Source of the DNA: Acutalibacteraceae bacterium
GTDB taxonomy: Bacteria > Bacillota > Clostridia > Oscillospirales > Acutalibacteraceae
Direction: 5' to 3'
Length of the DNA stretch: 64,000 bases
Assembly (NCBI GenBank): GCA_045577615.1
Contig: JAZNIT010000064.1
Location: 1,694-65,693, forward strand
Every line of letters starts with the position of its first letter. The first letter of the stretch is position 1. Made by a program: the position numbers and the translations under genes. Shown here in pieces: positions 1 through 9,374 of the stretch. Under the pieces are notes generated by a model. The model was given only the letters and a program-made list of their open reading frames with translations, did no database searches and was not told the DNA's origin.

Positions 1-398
1 CAATATAAACATCTATAAACACCGTTTTCTTTGTCGGTGAGTTTAAATACATGGTCAATTTCTTGCTCTACAGTTGTAATACATCTGGGGTTTTTGCATT
101 TAATGACGTTGGTCAAGGTCAAGGGCATCTCAATGCTCTTCTTACACACCAAAACGCCATCTTTAATTACATTAACGGTTGCACCGGGATCTATGTAACC
201 AATAACGTCCAGATTGACGGGAATATCAGAATCGATCTTTATAATATCTTTTTTGCCAAGCTTGCTGCTGTTTACATTTTTGATCAATGCGATTGAACAA
301 TCAACCTTTTCCAAACCTAACAGCTGATATATCTTCATACCAAAACCTGCAGTAATATGATCGATTACAATGCCGTTTTTAATTGAATCTATATTCAT
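1..398 (-). CDS. pyrI: Aspartate carbamoyltransferase regulatory subunit (3' end runs off the window)
   Basis: Absent from the ORF track because no stop lies in the window. The reverse-strand ATG at 396-398 overlaps the pyrB TGA (ATGA). Translation is [29 protein letters not shown]...[14 protein letters not shown]...GVYRCLY, with the Cys pairs typical of the PyrI zinc domain. Confidence 0.85.
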   Translation of the reverse strand, partial: MNIDSIKNGIVIDHITAGFGMKIYQLLGLEKVDCSIALIKNVNSSKLGKKDIIKIDSDIPVNLDVIGYIDPGATVNVIKDGVLVCKKSIEMPLTLTNVIKCKNPRCITTVEQEIDHVFKLTDKENGVYRCLY

Positions 399-1318
399 TG
401 TGCAGCCTCCTCAAGAAGTTTGAGAATAAGAGCCATACGCATAAACTTGCCGTTAAGCACTTGTTTGAAATAACAAGCGCGGGGGTCCTTATCAACAGCG
501 ACGCTGATTTCATTAACTCTGGGCAGCGGATGCATAATGCACAAATCATTTTTTGCATTAGCAAGCTTCTTGGGTTCTAAGATATAGCTATCCTTGAGTC
601 GCAAGTAATCCTCTTCGTTAAAGAAGCGTTCACGCTGTACTCTTGTCATATAAAGAATATCAAGCTGAGGCATAGCTTCTTCCAAACTGGTAGTTTGAGT
701 ATACTCAATGCCGTTTTTAGCAAGAATGTCTTTCTTAACATAGCTGGGAAGCTTCAATTCTTCAGGTGATATAAGAACAACCTTGATGTTGTTATATCTT
801 GACAAAGCATTAATAAGAGAATGTACTGTTCTGCCAAATTTCAAGTCACCGCAAAAGCCGACTGTAAGATTATCAAAGCCGCCTTTTTCGCGGTGAATGG
901 TGAGCAAATCAGCCAATGTTTGAGTAGGATGATTGTGACCTCCATCACCTGCATTTATAACAGGAATAGAAGCGTTTTGAGAAGCAACTAAGGGAGCGCC
1001 CTCTTTAGGGTGACGCATTGCAATTATATCAGCATAGCAGCTGATTGTTTTAACTGTATCAGCAATGCTCTCTCCCTTAGCGGCTGAAGAACTTGAAGCC
1101 TCTGAAAAACCGAGAACGCTACCGCCAAGCTCAAGCATAGCGGCCTCAAAGCTCAATCTGGTTCTTGTTGAAGGCTCAAAGAACAGGGTTGCAATCTTTT
1201 TACCCTTACATTTTTCAGAATAAGCATCGGGGTTAGCAATTATATCCTCTGCAACGGCGATAAGTTCATCAATTTCTTCAATTGAAAAATCAAGAATATC
1301 AATAAGACTTCTCAACAT
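395..1318 (-). CDS. pyrB: Aspartate carbamoyltransferase catalytic subunit
   Basis: 307 aa with STRTR, HPTQ and HPLPR motifs. Lies in the pyr operon. Confidence 0.95.
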   Translation of the reverse strand: MLRSLIDILDFSIEEIDELIAVAEDIIANPDAYSEKCKGKKIATLFFEPSTRTRLSFEAAMLELGGSVLGFSEASSSSAAKGESIADTVKTISCYADIIAMRHPKEGAPLVASQNASIPVINAGDGGHNHPTQTLADLLTIHREKGGFDNLTVGFCGDLKFGRTVHSLINALSRYNNIKVVLISPEELKLPSYVKKDILAKNGIEYTQTTSLEEAMPQLDILYMTRVQRERFFNEEDYLRLKDSYILEPKKLANAKNDLCIMHPLPRVNEISVAVDKDPRACYFKQVLNGKFMRMALILKLLEEAAQ

Positions 1319-1319
1319 C

Positions 1320-1961
1320 TTACTTTACCTCTTTAGCAATCCAGCTCTCATCCGAAGGATTGTTACGGAAAGCAATCAAGCGCTGTACATCATCAGGCTT
1401 AATGTAGCCCTCGTCAGCAGCAACCTGAGCAATTACATCAAAATTAGTAAGTGATACATTCTTAACATTGGCAGCAGCAAGTCTGTCAAGACCTTTTTGC
1501 ATACCATAAGTGAATATGCTAACAATACCGAGAACCTCAGCACCAGCCTCACGAAGAACGTTAACAACCTCGATAACACTGCCGCCGGTTGAAATCAAAT
1601 CCTCAACAACAACAACCTTCTGCCCTTTTTCAAGTTTGCCTTCAATTTGATTCTGTCTGCCGTGGTCTTTAGCGCCCGAACGAACATAGCCCATAGGCAA
1701 GCCCATGATGTGAGCAGTAATAGCAGCATGTGCGATACCTGCAGTAGAGGTGCCCATAAGAACCTCTGCTTCGGGATAATTCTCTTTAATGAGAGTTGCG
1801 AGGCCATTCTCTACATCGTTACGAACGTTGGGAGCGGTAAGTGTAAGTCTGTTATCGCAATAAACAGGGCTCTTAATGCCGCTTGCCCAAGTGAAAGGCT
1901 CCTCGGGACGGAAAAATACCGCCTTGATTGACAACAAATCTTTTGCAATTAACTTATCCAT
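1320..1961 (-). CDS. pyrE: Orotate phosphoribosyltransferase
   Basis: PRPP-binding motif [14 protein letters not shown] chose the ATG at 1961 ([10 protein letters not shown]) because it follows AAGGAG and lies after the pyrF stop. The track ORF extends to 2003. Confidence 0.9.
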   Translation of the reverse strand: MDKLIAKDLLSIKAVFFRPEEPFTWASGIKSPVYCDNRLTLTAPNVRNDVENGLATLIKENYPEAEVLMGTSTAGIAHAAITAHIMGLPMGYVRSGAKDHGRQNQIEGKLEKGQKVVVVEDLISTGGSVIEVVNVLREAGAEVLGIVSIFTYGMQKGLDRLAAANVKNVSLTNFDVIAQVAADEGYIKPDDVQRLIAFRNNPSDESWIAKEVK

Positions 1962-1978
1962 TTCTATATCTCCTTTTA

Positions 1979-2677
1979 TCAATCTACAAATTCTGCAATG
2001 CAACGCTCATAAGCAGCAACAGGATCTTCTGCTGCAGTGATGGGACGACCAACAACAATGTAGTCTGAACCAATCTTTTTAGCTTGCTCAGGAGTCATAA
2101 CTCTCTTTTGATCGCCGATATCACCATCAGCAAATCTTACACCGGGAGTTACGGTCAAGAAGTCATTGCCGCAAATCTCGTGAACCTTGCCGGCCTCAAG
2201 GGGTGAACATACAACGCCGTCAAGGCCAGCTTTCTTAGCGTTTGCAGCGTAGTGCATAACTACCTTGTCAATAGGCTCTTTAATGAGAAGATCACCCTCC
2301 ATGCTCTCCTGATCGGTTGAAGTAAGTTGTGTAACAGCGATAAGCAAAGGACGAGTGCCATCGGAACGGGTAAGTCCCTCAAGAGCAGCCTCCATCATCT
2401 TGCAGGTACCTGAAGCGTGAAGGTTACACAAATCAACATCTAAATTAGAAAGAACAGACATTGACTTTTTAACGGTGTTGGGAATATCGTGGAGCTTCAA
2501 ATCCAAAAAGATCTTATGACCGCGTTTTTTGATTTCGCGCACAATTTGAGGACCTTCTGCATAAAACAACTCCATACCAATTTTAACGAAAGGCTTTCTG
2601 CCGGTAAACTTGTCCAAAAAATTGAACACTTGCTCTGCTGATGAAAAATCACAAGCAATAATGACGTCCTTACCCAT
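1979..2677 (-). CDS. pyrF: Orotidine 5'-phosphate decarboxylase
   Basis: 232 aa with [11 protein letters not shown] motif. Operon context. Confidence 0.93.
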   Translation of the reverse strand: MGKDVIIACDFSSAEQVFNFLDKFTGRKPFVKIGMELFYAEGPQIVREIKKRGHKIFLDLKLHDIPNTVKKSMSVLSNLDVDLCNLHASGTCKMMEAALEGLTRSDGTRPLLIAVTQLTSTDQESMEGDLLIKEPIDKVVMHYAANAKKAGLDGVVCSPLEAGKVHEICGNDFLTVTPGVRFADGDIGDQKRVMTPEQAKKIGSDYIVVGRPITAAEDPVAAYERCIAEFVD

Positions 2678-3588
2678 TATTTAACTCCTCCTATAATTTT
2701 ATCAAGACGGTCAATACCGTATTTATCCATAACTCTAGGCAAATCATTGATAATATCGCGACATACGAAAGGATCAATAAGATTTGCTGCACCAATTTCA
2801 ACAGCGGTAGCACCTGCAAGCATCATTTCAATAACATCTTCAGCAGTGCTTACGCCGCCCATACCCACAACGGGGATATTAACTGCATTGGCAACCTGAT
2901 AAACCATTCTGACAGCTACAGGAAAAATTGCGCTGCCTGAAAAACCACCCATTTTATTGGCAATAACAGGCTTTTTGGTTTTCAGGTCAATTCTCATTCC
3001 AAGCAAGGTGTTGATAAGGCTAATGCCGTCTGCACCCGCCTCTTCACAAGCCTTAGCAATTGAAACTATATCTGTTACATTAGGTGAAAGCTTAACAATA
3101 ACAGGCTTTGTAGTAACAGCCTTAACAGCCTTTGTAACCTCAGCTGCTGCATCAGGCGAAGTACCAAAGCTCATACCACCACCGTGTACATTAGGACAGC
3201 TTACGTTTACCTCCAACCAGCCAACCTGGTCACACTTATCAAGCTGTTCACAAGTGTAGGCATAATCTTCAACACAAAAGCCGCTGATGTTAGCCATAAC
3301 CTTTTTATCAAAGCACTTTTTAAGTTTAGGCAACTCTTCGTTTATAACCTTTTCAACGCCGGGATTTTGAAGTCCAACCGCATTTATCATACCTGCAGTG
3401 CACTCAGCAATACGAGGTGTAGGATTACCAAATCGTGCATCACGAGTAGTACCCTTGAAAGAGAAGGTGCCAAGCACATTGATATCGTAAAGTTCTGCAA
3501 ATTCATAGCCAAATCCGAAGGTACCGCTTGCAGGAATTATAGGGTTATCTAGTTCAATTCCGCAAAGATTAACGCTTAATCTTCCCAC
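2677..3588 (-). CDS. pyrD: Dihydroorotate dehydrogenase (class 1B) catalytic subunit
   Basis: 303 aa with NVSCPN active-site region. Paired with pyrK immediately upstream. Confidence 0.93.
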   Translation of the reverse strand: MGRLSVNLCGIELDNPIIPASGTFGFGYEFAELYDINVLGTFSFKGTTRDARFGNPTPRIAECTAGMINAVGLQNPGVEKVINEELPKLKKCFDKKVMANISGFCVEDYAYTCEQLDKCDQVGWLEVNVSCPNVHGGGMSFGTSPDAAAEVTKAVKAVTTKPVIVKLSPNVTDIVSIAKACEEAGADGISLINTLLGMRIDLKTKKPVIANKMGGFSGSAIFPVAVRMVYQVANAVNIPVVGMGGVSTAEDVIEMMLAGATAVEIGAANLIDPFVCRDIINDLPRVMDKYGIDRLDKIIGGVK

Positions 3589-4310
3589 AAAATTTCCTCC
3601 TTCAACATAACGGGGCCATCTTTACAAATTCTCTTGTTTCCTGCCAAAGTTTTGCATGAGCAACCCATGCAAGCACCGAATCCGCAACCCATTCTTTCTT
3701 CAAAGCTAAGCTGACCCGATGTTGAAGCAACCTTACAGATTGCTTTTAACATCGGCTCAGGGCCGCAGGTGTAAAAATAACTATAATCCAAGTCCTTCAA
3801 AACATCGGTAACAAAACCTTTTGTACCATATGAACCGTCGGCGGTTGCTACATAAACTTCAGCACCGAGAGCCTTGAATTCATTTTCATAAAAAATCTCT
3901 GACTTAGTATTAAAGCCAAGCACTACAGAAACTTTTTTACCTTGAGCAATAAGCTGCTTAGCCAACATAAACAAGGGAGGAACACCAACACCACCACCCA
4001 AAAGAACAGGCTTATCACCGGAAAGGGTTGTGTTGTAGCCATTGCCGAGACCGGTCAAAACATCTAACTTGCCATCGGTTAATTGGGCCATTGCCTCAGT
4101 TCCCTTGCCGACTATCTTATAAATAATGGTTACTGTATTATCATCAATATCACAAACAGAGATAGGACGACGTAAATACAATCCATCAAGCTTGATGTTG
4201 ATAAACTGACCTGATGCAGTGATGTCAGAAACATCACCCTCAAGTACCATTTTCATAACATTGTCGGTCAAAGCAATATTTTGTTTAATTCTAAACAAAC
4301 CTTGTTTCAT
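3576..4310 (-). CDS. pyrK: Dihydroorotate dehydrogenase electron-transfer subunit
   Basis: 244 aa with a C-terminal 2Fe-2S Cys cluster (CGFGACMGCSC). Overlaps the pyrD start. Confidence 0.9.
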   Translation of the reverse strand: MKQGLFRIKQNIALTDNVMKMVLEGDVSDITASGQFINIKLDGLYLRRPISVCDIDDNTVTIIYKIVGKGTEAMAQLTDGKLDVLTGLGNGYNTTLSGDKPVLLGGGVGVPPLFMLAKQLIAQGKKVSVVLGFNTKSEIFYENEFKALGAEVYVATADGSYGTKGFVTDVLKDLDYSYFYTCGPEPMLKAICKVASTSGQLSFEERMGCGFGACMGCSCKTLAGNKRICKDGPVMLKEEILWED

Positions 4311-4319
4311 TGTATCACC

Positions 4320-7300
4320 TTATGCATCAATAGTAGAAATAGTAATTGTTGTTTCCTCCAATACGTCGAGCAATACACCGACAGTATCAAGTGCGGTAAA
4401 CATATTAACGTTGTTTTCGGTTGCATAACGACGAATCAAATAGCCGTCACTCTCACCGGATGCACCAATATCTTTGGTATTAAGAACGTAGGCAATGTGA
4501 CCTTGACGCAAGCGTTCAAGAATTTCGTCACTACCGTCGCTAATTTTCTTAACTACGTGAGTGCGAATGCCATTACTGATTAAGAATTTGGCAGTGCCCT
4601 CGGTAGCCTCAACATTAAAGCCGAGGTTGTAGAAGCGGCGAATAAGAGGCAACGCTTCCTCCTTATCCTTATCGGCAATGGTGGCAAAAATGGTACCATA
4701 GTTCTGCAACTTCATACCTGAAGCCTGCAAAGCCTTATAAAGAGCTCTGTTAAGCTTATCATCATAACCAATTGCTTCACCGGTTGACTTCATTTCAGGT
4801 GAAAGATATGCGTCCAACCCACTAATCTTGTTGAATGAGAATACAGGAACCTTTACGTACCAACGCTTCTTTTCAGCGGGATAAATAGTGAATATGCCTT
4901 GTTCTTTAAGCGATTTGCCCAAGATAACCTCGGTAGCAATATCAGCAAGACTGTAACCTGTGGACTTTGAAAGGAAAGGAACAGTACGTGAAGAACGGGG
5001 GTTAACCTCGATGATATAAACATTCTCATGTTCATCAACGATAAACTGAATATTATAAAGACCAACTATGCCAATTCCAAGACCAAGCTTAATGGCATAC
5101 TCAAGAATGATACCCTTAACTTTGTCAGAAATACTGAAGGCGGGATAAACGCTTATAGAGTCACCGCTGTGAACACCGGTGCGCTCAACGAGTTCCATAA
5201 TACCGGGGATAAATACATCTCTGCCGTCGCAAATTGCGTCAACCTCAACCTCTTTACCCTGAATGTATTTATCAACAAGAACAGGCTTGTCCTCATCGAT
5301 TTCAACAGCAGTTTTGAGGTAGTGACGAAGCTGATCCTCATTGGCAACAATCTGCATTGCACGGCCACCCAAAACGAAGCTGGGGCGAACAAGCACGGGA
5401 TATCCAATGCGAGCAGCTGCTGCAATACCATCCTCAATCTTGGTAACAGCGCTACCTTGAGGCTGGGGAATGTTAAGGCTGTTAAGAACCTTCTCAAAGC
5501 TATCTCTGTTTTCGGCACGCTCGATTGCGTCGCAATCGGTGCCTATAATCTTAACACCTCTATCAACCAAGGGCTGAGCAAGATTGATTGCAGTTTGGCC
5601 ACCCAAAGATGCGATAACACCCTCGGGCTTTTCAAACTCGATGATATTCATTACATCCTCGGGAGTAAGAGGCTCAAAATAAAGCTTGTCTGCGGTGGTA
5701 TAGTCAGTAGAAACGGTTTCAGGGTTATTGTTGATAATAATAGCCTCATAACCGGAATTCTTAATAGTGGTTACAGCGTGAACGGTAGAATAGTCGAACT
5801 CAACGCCTTGACCGATACGAATGGGACCTGCACCCAATACAACTATCTTTTTCTTATCAGTGAGAATTGAAGAGTTCTCATCAGAATATGAAGAGTAGAA
5901 GTAAGGAATATATGCACCTGTGTGGCAGGTATCAACCATTTTAAATACAGGGAAAAGGTTGTGCTCTTTACGGAAAGCAAAAACGTCAAGCTCGTTGCAC
6001 TTCCACATGCGAGCAACATACTTATCACTAAAGCCCATCTTCTTTGCAGCTTTAAGAGTATCAAGGTCACGAACGTTAGCCTTCAAGGTTTCTTCCATAT
6101 CAACAATGCGCTTTATTGATTCAAGGAAGAAGGCAGTAATCTTGGTAATGTCGTGAATCTTTTCAATGGTTACACCACGAGCCAACAACTCAGCAATTGC
6201 AAAAATGTTATCAGAACGGAACTCGGTAATATAATCGAGCAGTTCTTCAACGGTCATATTGTCAAACTTTGCGTGGTAGATATGATTTACACCAACCTCC
6301 AAAGATCTAGTGCCTTTAAGCAAAGCCTCTTCAAGGTTAGAGCCGATGCCCATAATCTCACCGGTAGCCTTCATTTGAGTTCCAAGCTGATTGGATGCGC
6401 TGGTAAACTTATCAAAGGGGAAACGAGGAAGTTTTGCAATAACGTAATCAAGCTTAGGCTCAAACGCTGCATTGGTGTTAGCAATCTTAATCTCATCAAG
6501 AGTCATACCGACAGCAATCTTAGCGGTAACTCTTGCAATAGGATAGCCTGAAGCCTTAGATGCCAAAGCTGAAGAACGGGAAACTCTGGGGTTAACCTCG
6601 ATAAGATAATACTCACTAGTTTCGGGGTTCAACGCAAACTGAACATTGCATCCGCCTTCGATCTTAAGTTCACGAATAATCTTAATTGCGCTATCGTTGA
6701 GCATCTTTAAATCGTGATCGTTAAGAGTCATAATGGGAGCTACAACGATTGAGTCACCGGTATGAACACCAACGGGATCGATGTTTTCCATGCCGCAAAT
6801 GGTGATAGCGTTGTCGCTTGAGTCACGCATAACCTCAAACTCAATTTCTTTATAGCCTTTTACGCTTTTTTCAATCAAAACCTGATGTACAGGTGAAAGT
6901 TTGAAAGCGTTGGTACCAATGTCAATAAGATCTTTCTCATTGTATGCAAAACCGCCGCCGGTACCGCCAAGGGTAAACGCAGGACGCAATACAACGGGAT
7001 AACCAATTTCTTCAGCCGCTGCTTTAGCCTCGTCCAACGAATAGGTGATTTGTGAAGGAATAGTGGGCTCACCAATTGACTGGCAAAGCTCTTTAAACAG
7101 TTCTCTGTCCTCTGCCCTTTCGATACTTTCGCCGCTGGTGCCGAGCAACTCAACACCACACTCTTTAAGCACGCCCTTCTTTTCAAGCTGCATAGCAAGA
7201 TTAAGACCTGTTTGACCGCCGATGCCGGGAACAATTGCATCAGGACGCTCAACGCGCAAAACTCTTGCCACGTATTCAAGAGTCAAAGGCTCCATATACA

Positions 7301-7490
7301 CCTTATCGGCAATAGTGGTGTCGGTCATAATTGTTGCAGGGTTAGAGTTACAAAGAACAACCTCATAGCCTTCTTCCTTAAGTGCCAAGCAAGCCTGAGT
7401 ACCTGCATAGTCGAACTCTGCTGCCTGACCGATTACGATAGGACCTGAGCCGATAATAAGAATTTTCTTGATGTCAGTACGTTTTGCCAT
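4320..7490 (-). CDS. carB: Carbamoyl-phosphate synthase large subunit
   Basis: 1056 aa with duplicated ATP-grasp halves and an MGS-like C-terminus. No carA is adjacent. Confidence 0.96.
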   Translation of the reverse strand: MAKRTDIKKILIIGSGPIVIGQAAEFDYAGTQACLALKEEGYEVVLCNSNPATIMTDTTIADKVYMEPLTLEYVARVLRVERPDAIVPGIGGQTGLNLAMQLEKKGVLKECGVELLGTSGESIERAEDRELFKELCQSIGEPTIPSQITYSLDEAKAAAEEIGYPVVLRPAFTLGGTGGGFAYNEKDLIDIGTNAFKLSPVHQVLIEKSVKGYKEIEFEVMRDSSDNAITICGMENIDPVGVHTGDSIVVAPIMTLNDHDLKMLNDSAIKIIRELKIEGGCNVQFALNPETSEYYLIEVNPRVSRSSALASKASGYPIARVTAKIAVGMTLDEIKIANTNAAFEPKLDYVIAKLPRFPFDKFTSASNQLGTQMKATGEIMGIGSNLEEALLKGTRSLEVGVNHIYHAKFDNMTVEELLDYITEFRSDNIFAIAELLARGVTIEKIHDITKITAFFLESIKRIVDMEETLKANVRDLDTLKAAKKMGFSDKYVARMWKCNELDVFAFRKEHNLFPVFKMVDTCHTGAYIPYFYSSYSDENSSILTDKKKIVVLGAGPIRIGQGVEFDYSTVHAVTTIKNSGYEAIIINNNPETVSTDYTTADKLYFEPLTPEDVMNIIEFEKPEGVIASLGGQTAINLAQPLVDRGVKIIGTDCDAIERAENRDSFEKVLNSLNIPQPQGSAVTKIEDGIAAAARIGYPVLVRPSFVLGGRAMQIVANEDQLRHYLKTAVEIDEDKPVLVDKYIQGKEVEVDAICDGRDVFIPGIMELVERTGVHSGDSISVYPAFSISDKVKGIILEYAIKLGLGIGIVGLYNIQFIVDEHENVYIIEVNPRSSRTVPFLSKSTGYSLADIATEVILGKSLKEQGIFTIYPAEKKRWYVKVPVFSFNKISGLDAYLSPEMKSTGEAIGYDDKLNRALYKALQASGMKLQNYGTIFATIADKDKEEALPLIRRFYNLGFNVEATEGTAKFLISNGIRTHVVKKISDGSDEILERLRQGHIAYVLNTKDIGASGESDGYLIRRYATENNVNMFTALDTVGVLLDVLEETTITISTIDA

Positions 7491-7523
7491 ACGGCAAGCC
7501 TCCTATATATTTAGAGTAAATTA

Positions 7524-8726
7524 TTAAACAGATTTATAAACAACCTTTGAGTCGCACACGGTCAACAAGCATTTACCGTTAACCTCTCGACCATCAAAAG
7601 GTGTTGCTTTACCTTTTGAAATGAATTCTGAAGAATCAATCATATGATTTTCTTCCAAATTCCAAACCGTGAAATCATCGCCCAAAGGCAAATCAAATCG
7701 CTTACGCGGATTAATTGCCATCAACTCAACAAGCTTATCAAGGGTAATTATCCCCTTCTTAACTAGGTCTGTGTACAAAATTGAGAAAGCCGTTTCTAAT
7801 CCAACTATGCCGAACGCGCTACCTTCAAGACCTTTGCCTTTTTCTTCTGCCGAATGAGGAGCGTGGTCGGTTGCGATAATGTCGATAGTTCCATCAAGGA
7901 TACCCAGCAGCAACGCTTCCCTATCCTTTGCGGAGCGGAGAGGTGGATTCATCTTGAACCGTCCGTGCTCTTGCAGATCACTATCGTCAAGGACAAGATA
8001 ATGAGGAGCTGTTTCGCAAGTGACATTTAACCCCTCAGCCTTTGCTTTGCGTATTAAATCAACACTTTCTTTGGCAGAAATGTGACAAACGTGATATGCA
8101 CAGCCGATTTCTCTGACAAGGTCTATATCACGCTTAATTTGCTCATACTCACTTGCAGAGCAAATACCCCTGTGATTATGAGTCGCTGCATACTCACCAT
8201 CGTGAATATAGCCACCCTTCAGCAGATCGTTAACTTCGCAATGCGCTACGATAACTTTATTAAGTCGTTTGGCTTCTAGCATAGCCTCGCGCATAAGTTC
8301 GCCACTTTGTACGCCGCGACCATCATCTGAATAAGCGAAAGCATACTCTGCCATATCTGCCATATCGGATAATTCTTCGCCTTTTTGACCAACGGTAATA
8401 GCTGCATAAGGATAAACTTTGATAACAGCATCGGAATTAATAATATCAAGCTGTTGTTGAAGATGCTGCATGCTATCAGGCACAGGATTAAGGTTTGGCA
8501 TTGTACACACCAAAGTATAACCGCCTGCTGCAGCAGACAAGCTACCGTTCTTTATAGTTTCTTTATAAGAAAAACCCGGCTCGCGAAAATGAACATGCAC
8601 ATCGCAAAAACCGGGGAAAATGGCACAATCTGACAAATCGAGACCCAACTTGTCAGAAATGCCGATAATAGTATCGTTGTTAACATAAGCAGAACAATAT
8701 TTGGTTTTAAGATCGAGTCTGCTCAT
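7524..8726 (-). CDS. pyrC: Dihydroorotase
   Basis: HVHFREPG metal-binding motif. I chose the ATG at 8726 (MSRLDLK) because it is preceded by AGAAAGGAA. The track ORF extends to 8780. Confidence 0.9.
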   Translation of the reverse strand: MSRLDLKTKYCSAYVNNDTIIGISDKLGLDLSDCAIFPGFCDVHVHFREPGFSYKETIKNGSLSAAAGGYTLVCTMPNLNPVPDSMQHLQQQLDIINSDAVIKVYPYAAITVGQKGEELSDMADMAEYAFAYSDDGRGVQSGELMREAMLEAKRLNKVIVAHCEVNDLLKGGYIHDGEYAATHNHRGICSASEYEQIKRDIDLVREIGCAYHVCHISAKESVDLIRKAKAEGLNVTCETAPHYLVLDDSDLQEHGRFKMNPPLRSAKDREALLLGILDGTIDIIATDHAPHSAEEKGKGLEGSAFGIVGLETAFSILYTDLVKKGIITLDKLVELMAINPRKRFDLPLGDDFTVWNLEENHMIDSSEFISKGKATPFDGREVNGKCLLTVCDSKVVYKSV

Positions 8727-8835
8727 AACAAATTCCTTTCTGCTGCAGGTAACAAAAAAGCCCTGCCAAACCCACGACAAGACGATATATCAAAAGGGAC
8801 ACAGCATACCTGCATCCACCGTTTTTAATATTATC

Positions 8836-8873
8836 AATCTTACCGATCTCTCTGTATCGTCTTTTAAAGATTT
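8836..8873 (-). promoter_or_regulatory. Leader hairpin with a CAGAGAG loop (possible PyrR-type binding site)
   Basis: RNA sense reads AAUCUU-UAAAAGA-CGAU-ACAGAGAG-AUCG-GU-AAGAUU: lower stem, purine-rich bulge, upper stem, then a loop with the CAGAGAG core of the PyrR motif. No clear downstream intrinsic terminator and no pyrR in the window. Confidence 0.3.
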
Positions 8874-8884
8874 CAACTTGAATT

Positions 8885-8913
8885 ATTCTACCATAAAACC
8901 ACTTTATTGTCAA
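8885..8913 (-). promoter_or_regulatory. Sigma-A type promoter of the pyr operon
   Basis: TTGACA, 17 nt, TAGAAT on the minus strand. Predicts a leader of about 150 nt before pyrC. Confidence 0.55.
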
Positions 8914-9004
8914 CCGAAAACAACCATAAAAGCACCCCAAAAAATGCATTCATACAAAGGTAACAAAAAGCGTAAAAATATCCCTAAATCTATTGAGAGT
9001 TTAG

Positions 9005-9039
9005 ACAAAAAATAAATCCCGTTCAAACGAACGGGATTT
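9005..9039 (-). terminator. Rho-independent terminator after secG
   Basis: AAATCCCGTTC/GAACGGGATTT stem followed by a T-run on the minus strand. Confidence 0.75.
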
Positions 9040-9043
9040 AAAA

Positions 9044-9295
9044 TTATTTAGCAAAAAATGCGATGATGTTAACAATCATAACCAAAACAAAGAAGCCGAT
9101 AGTAATGAACTTGGTCCAACGAGCCAAGAAAGCATCAACAGAACGAGCTTTGTTTTTGGAAAGGAAAGTATCGGCACCACCTGAAATAGCACCACTGATA
9201 CCGGCACGACGACCTTCTTGAAGAAGGATAGCGCCAATAATAGCGAGAGCAAAAATTATGATAAGTGAGCCAATAATATAAGAAAATACGCCCAT
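9044..9295 (-). CDS. secG: Preprotein translocase subunit SecG
   Basis: 83 aa with two TM helices and a central G/S-rich loop typical of SecG. Confidence 0.85.
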   Translation of the reverse strand: MGVFSYIIGSLIIIFALAIIGAILLQEGRRAGISGAISGGADTFLSKNKARSVDAFLARWTKFITIGFFVLVMIVNIIAFFAK

Positions 9296-9374
9296 TTTAA
9301 AAACCTCCGAACAAACAAGTGAATTACATTACAAAAAATTATATCACATTGTTTTGGAAAAATCAAGTATTATT

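Noticed and set aside
51-296. 81-aa plus-strand ORF at the window start
   Set aside because: It is antisense to the pyrI coding sequence, which translates cleanly on the minus strand.
5028-5870. 280-aa plus-strand ORF inside carB, and similar long antisense ORFs at 6153-6551, 10056-10703, 24352-24933, 33966-34706 and 45434-45982
   Set aside because: Each lies antisense to a confidently identified conserved gene. The translations are low-complexity (N/I/L-rich) with no motifs, which is typical of shadow ORFs.
8751-8800. A classical PyrR-controlled intrinsic terminator upstream of pyrC
   Set aside because: A U-run is present, but I could not find a complementary GC-rich stem preceding it. The best pairing is 3-5 bp. 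I therefore did not call an attenuator terminator.
8701-9015. 104-aa plus-strand and 80-aa minus-strand ORFs in the pyrC upstream region
   Set aside because: They span the secG terminator, the pyr promoter and the leader. They have no RBS and implausible sequences, so I treat the region as non-coding.
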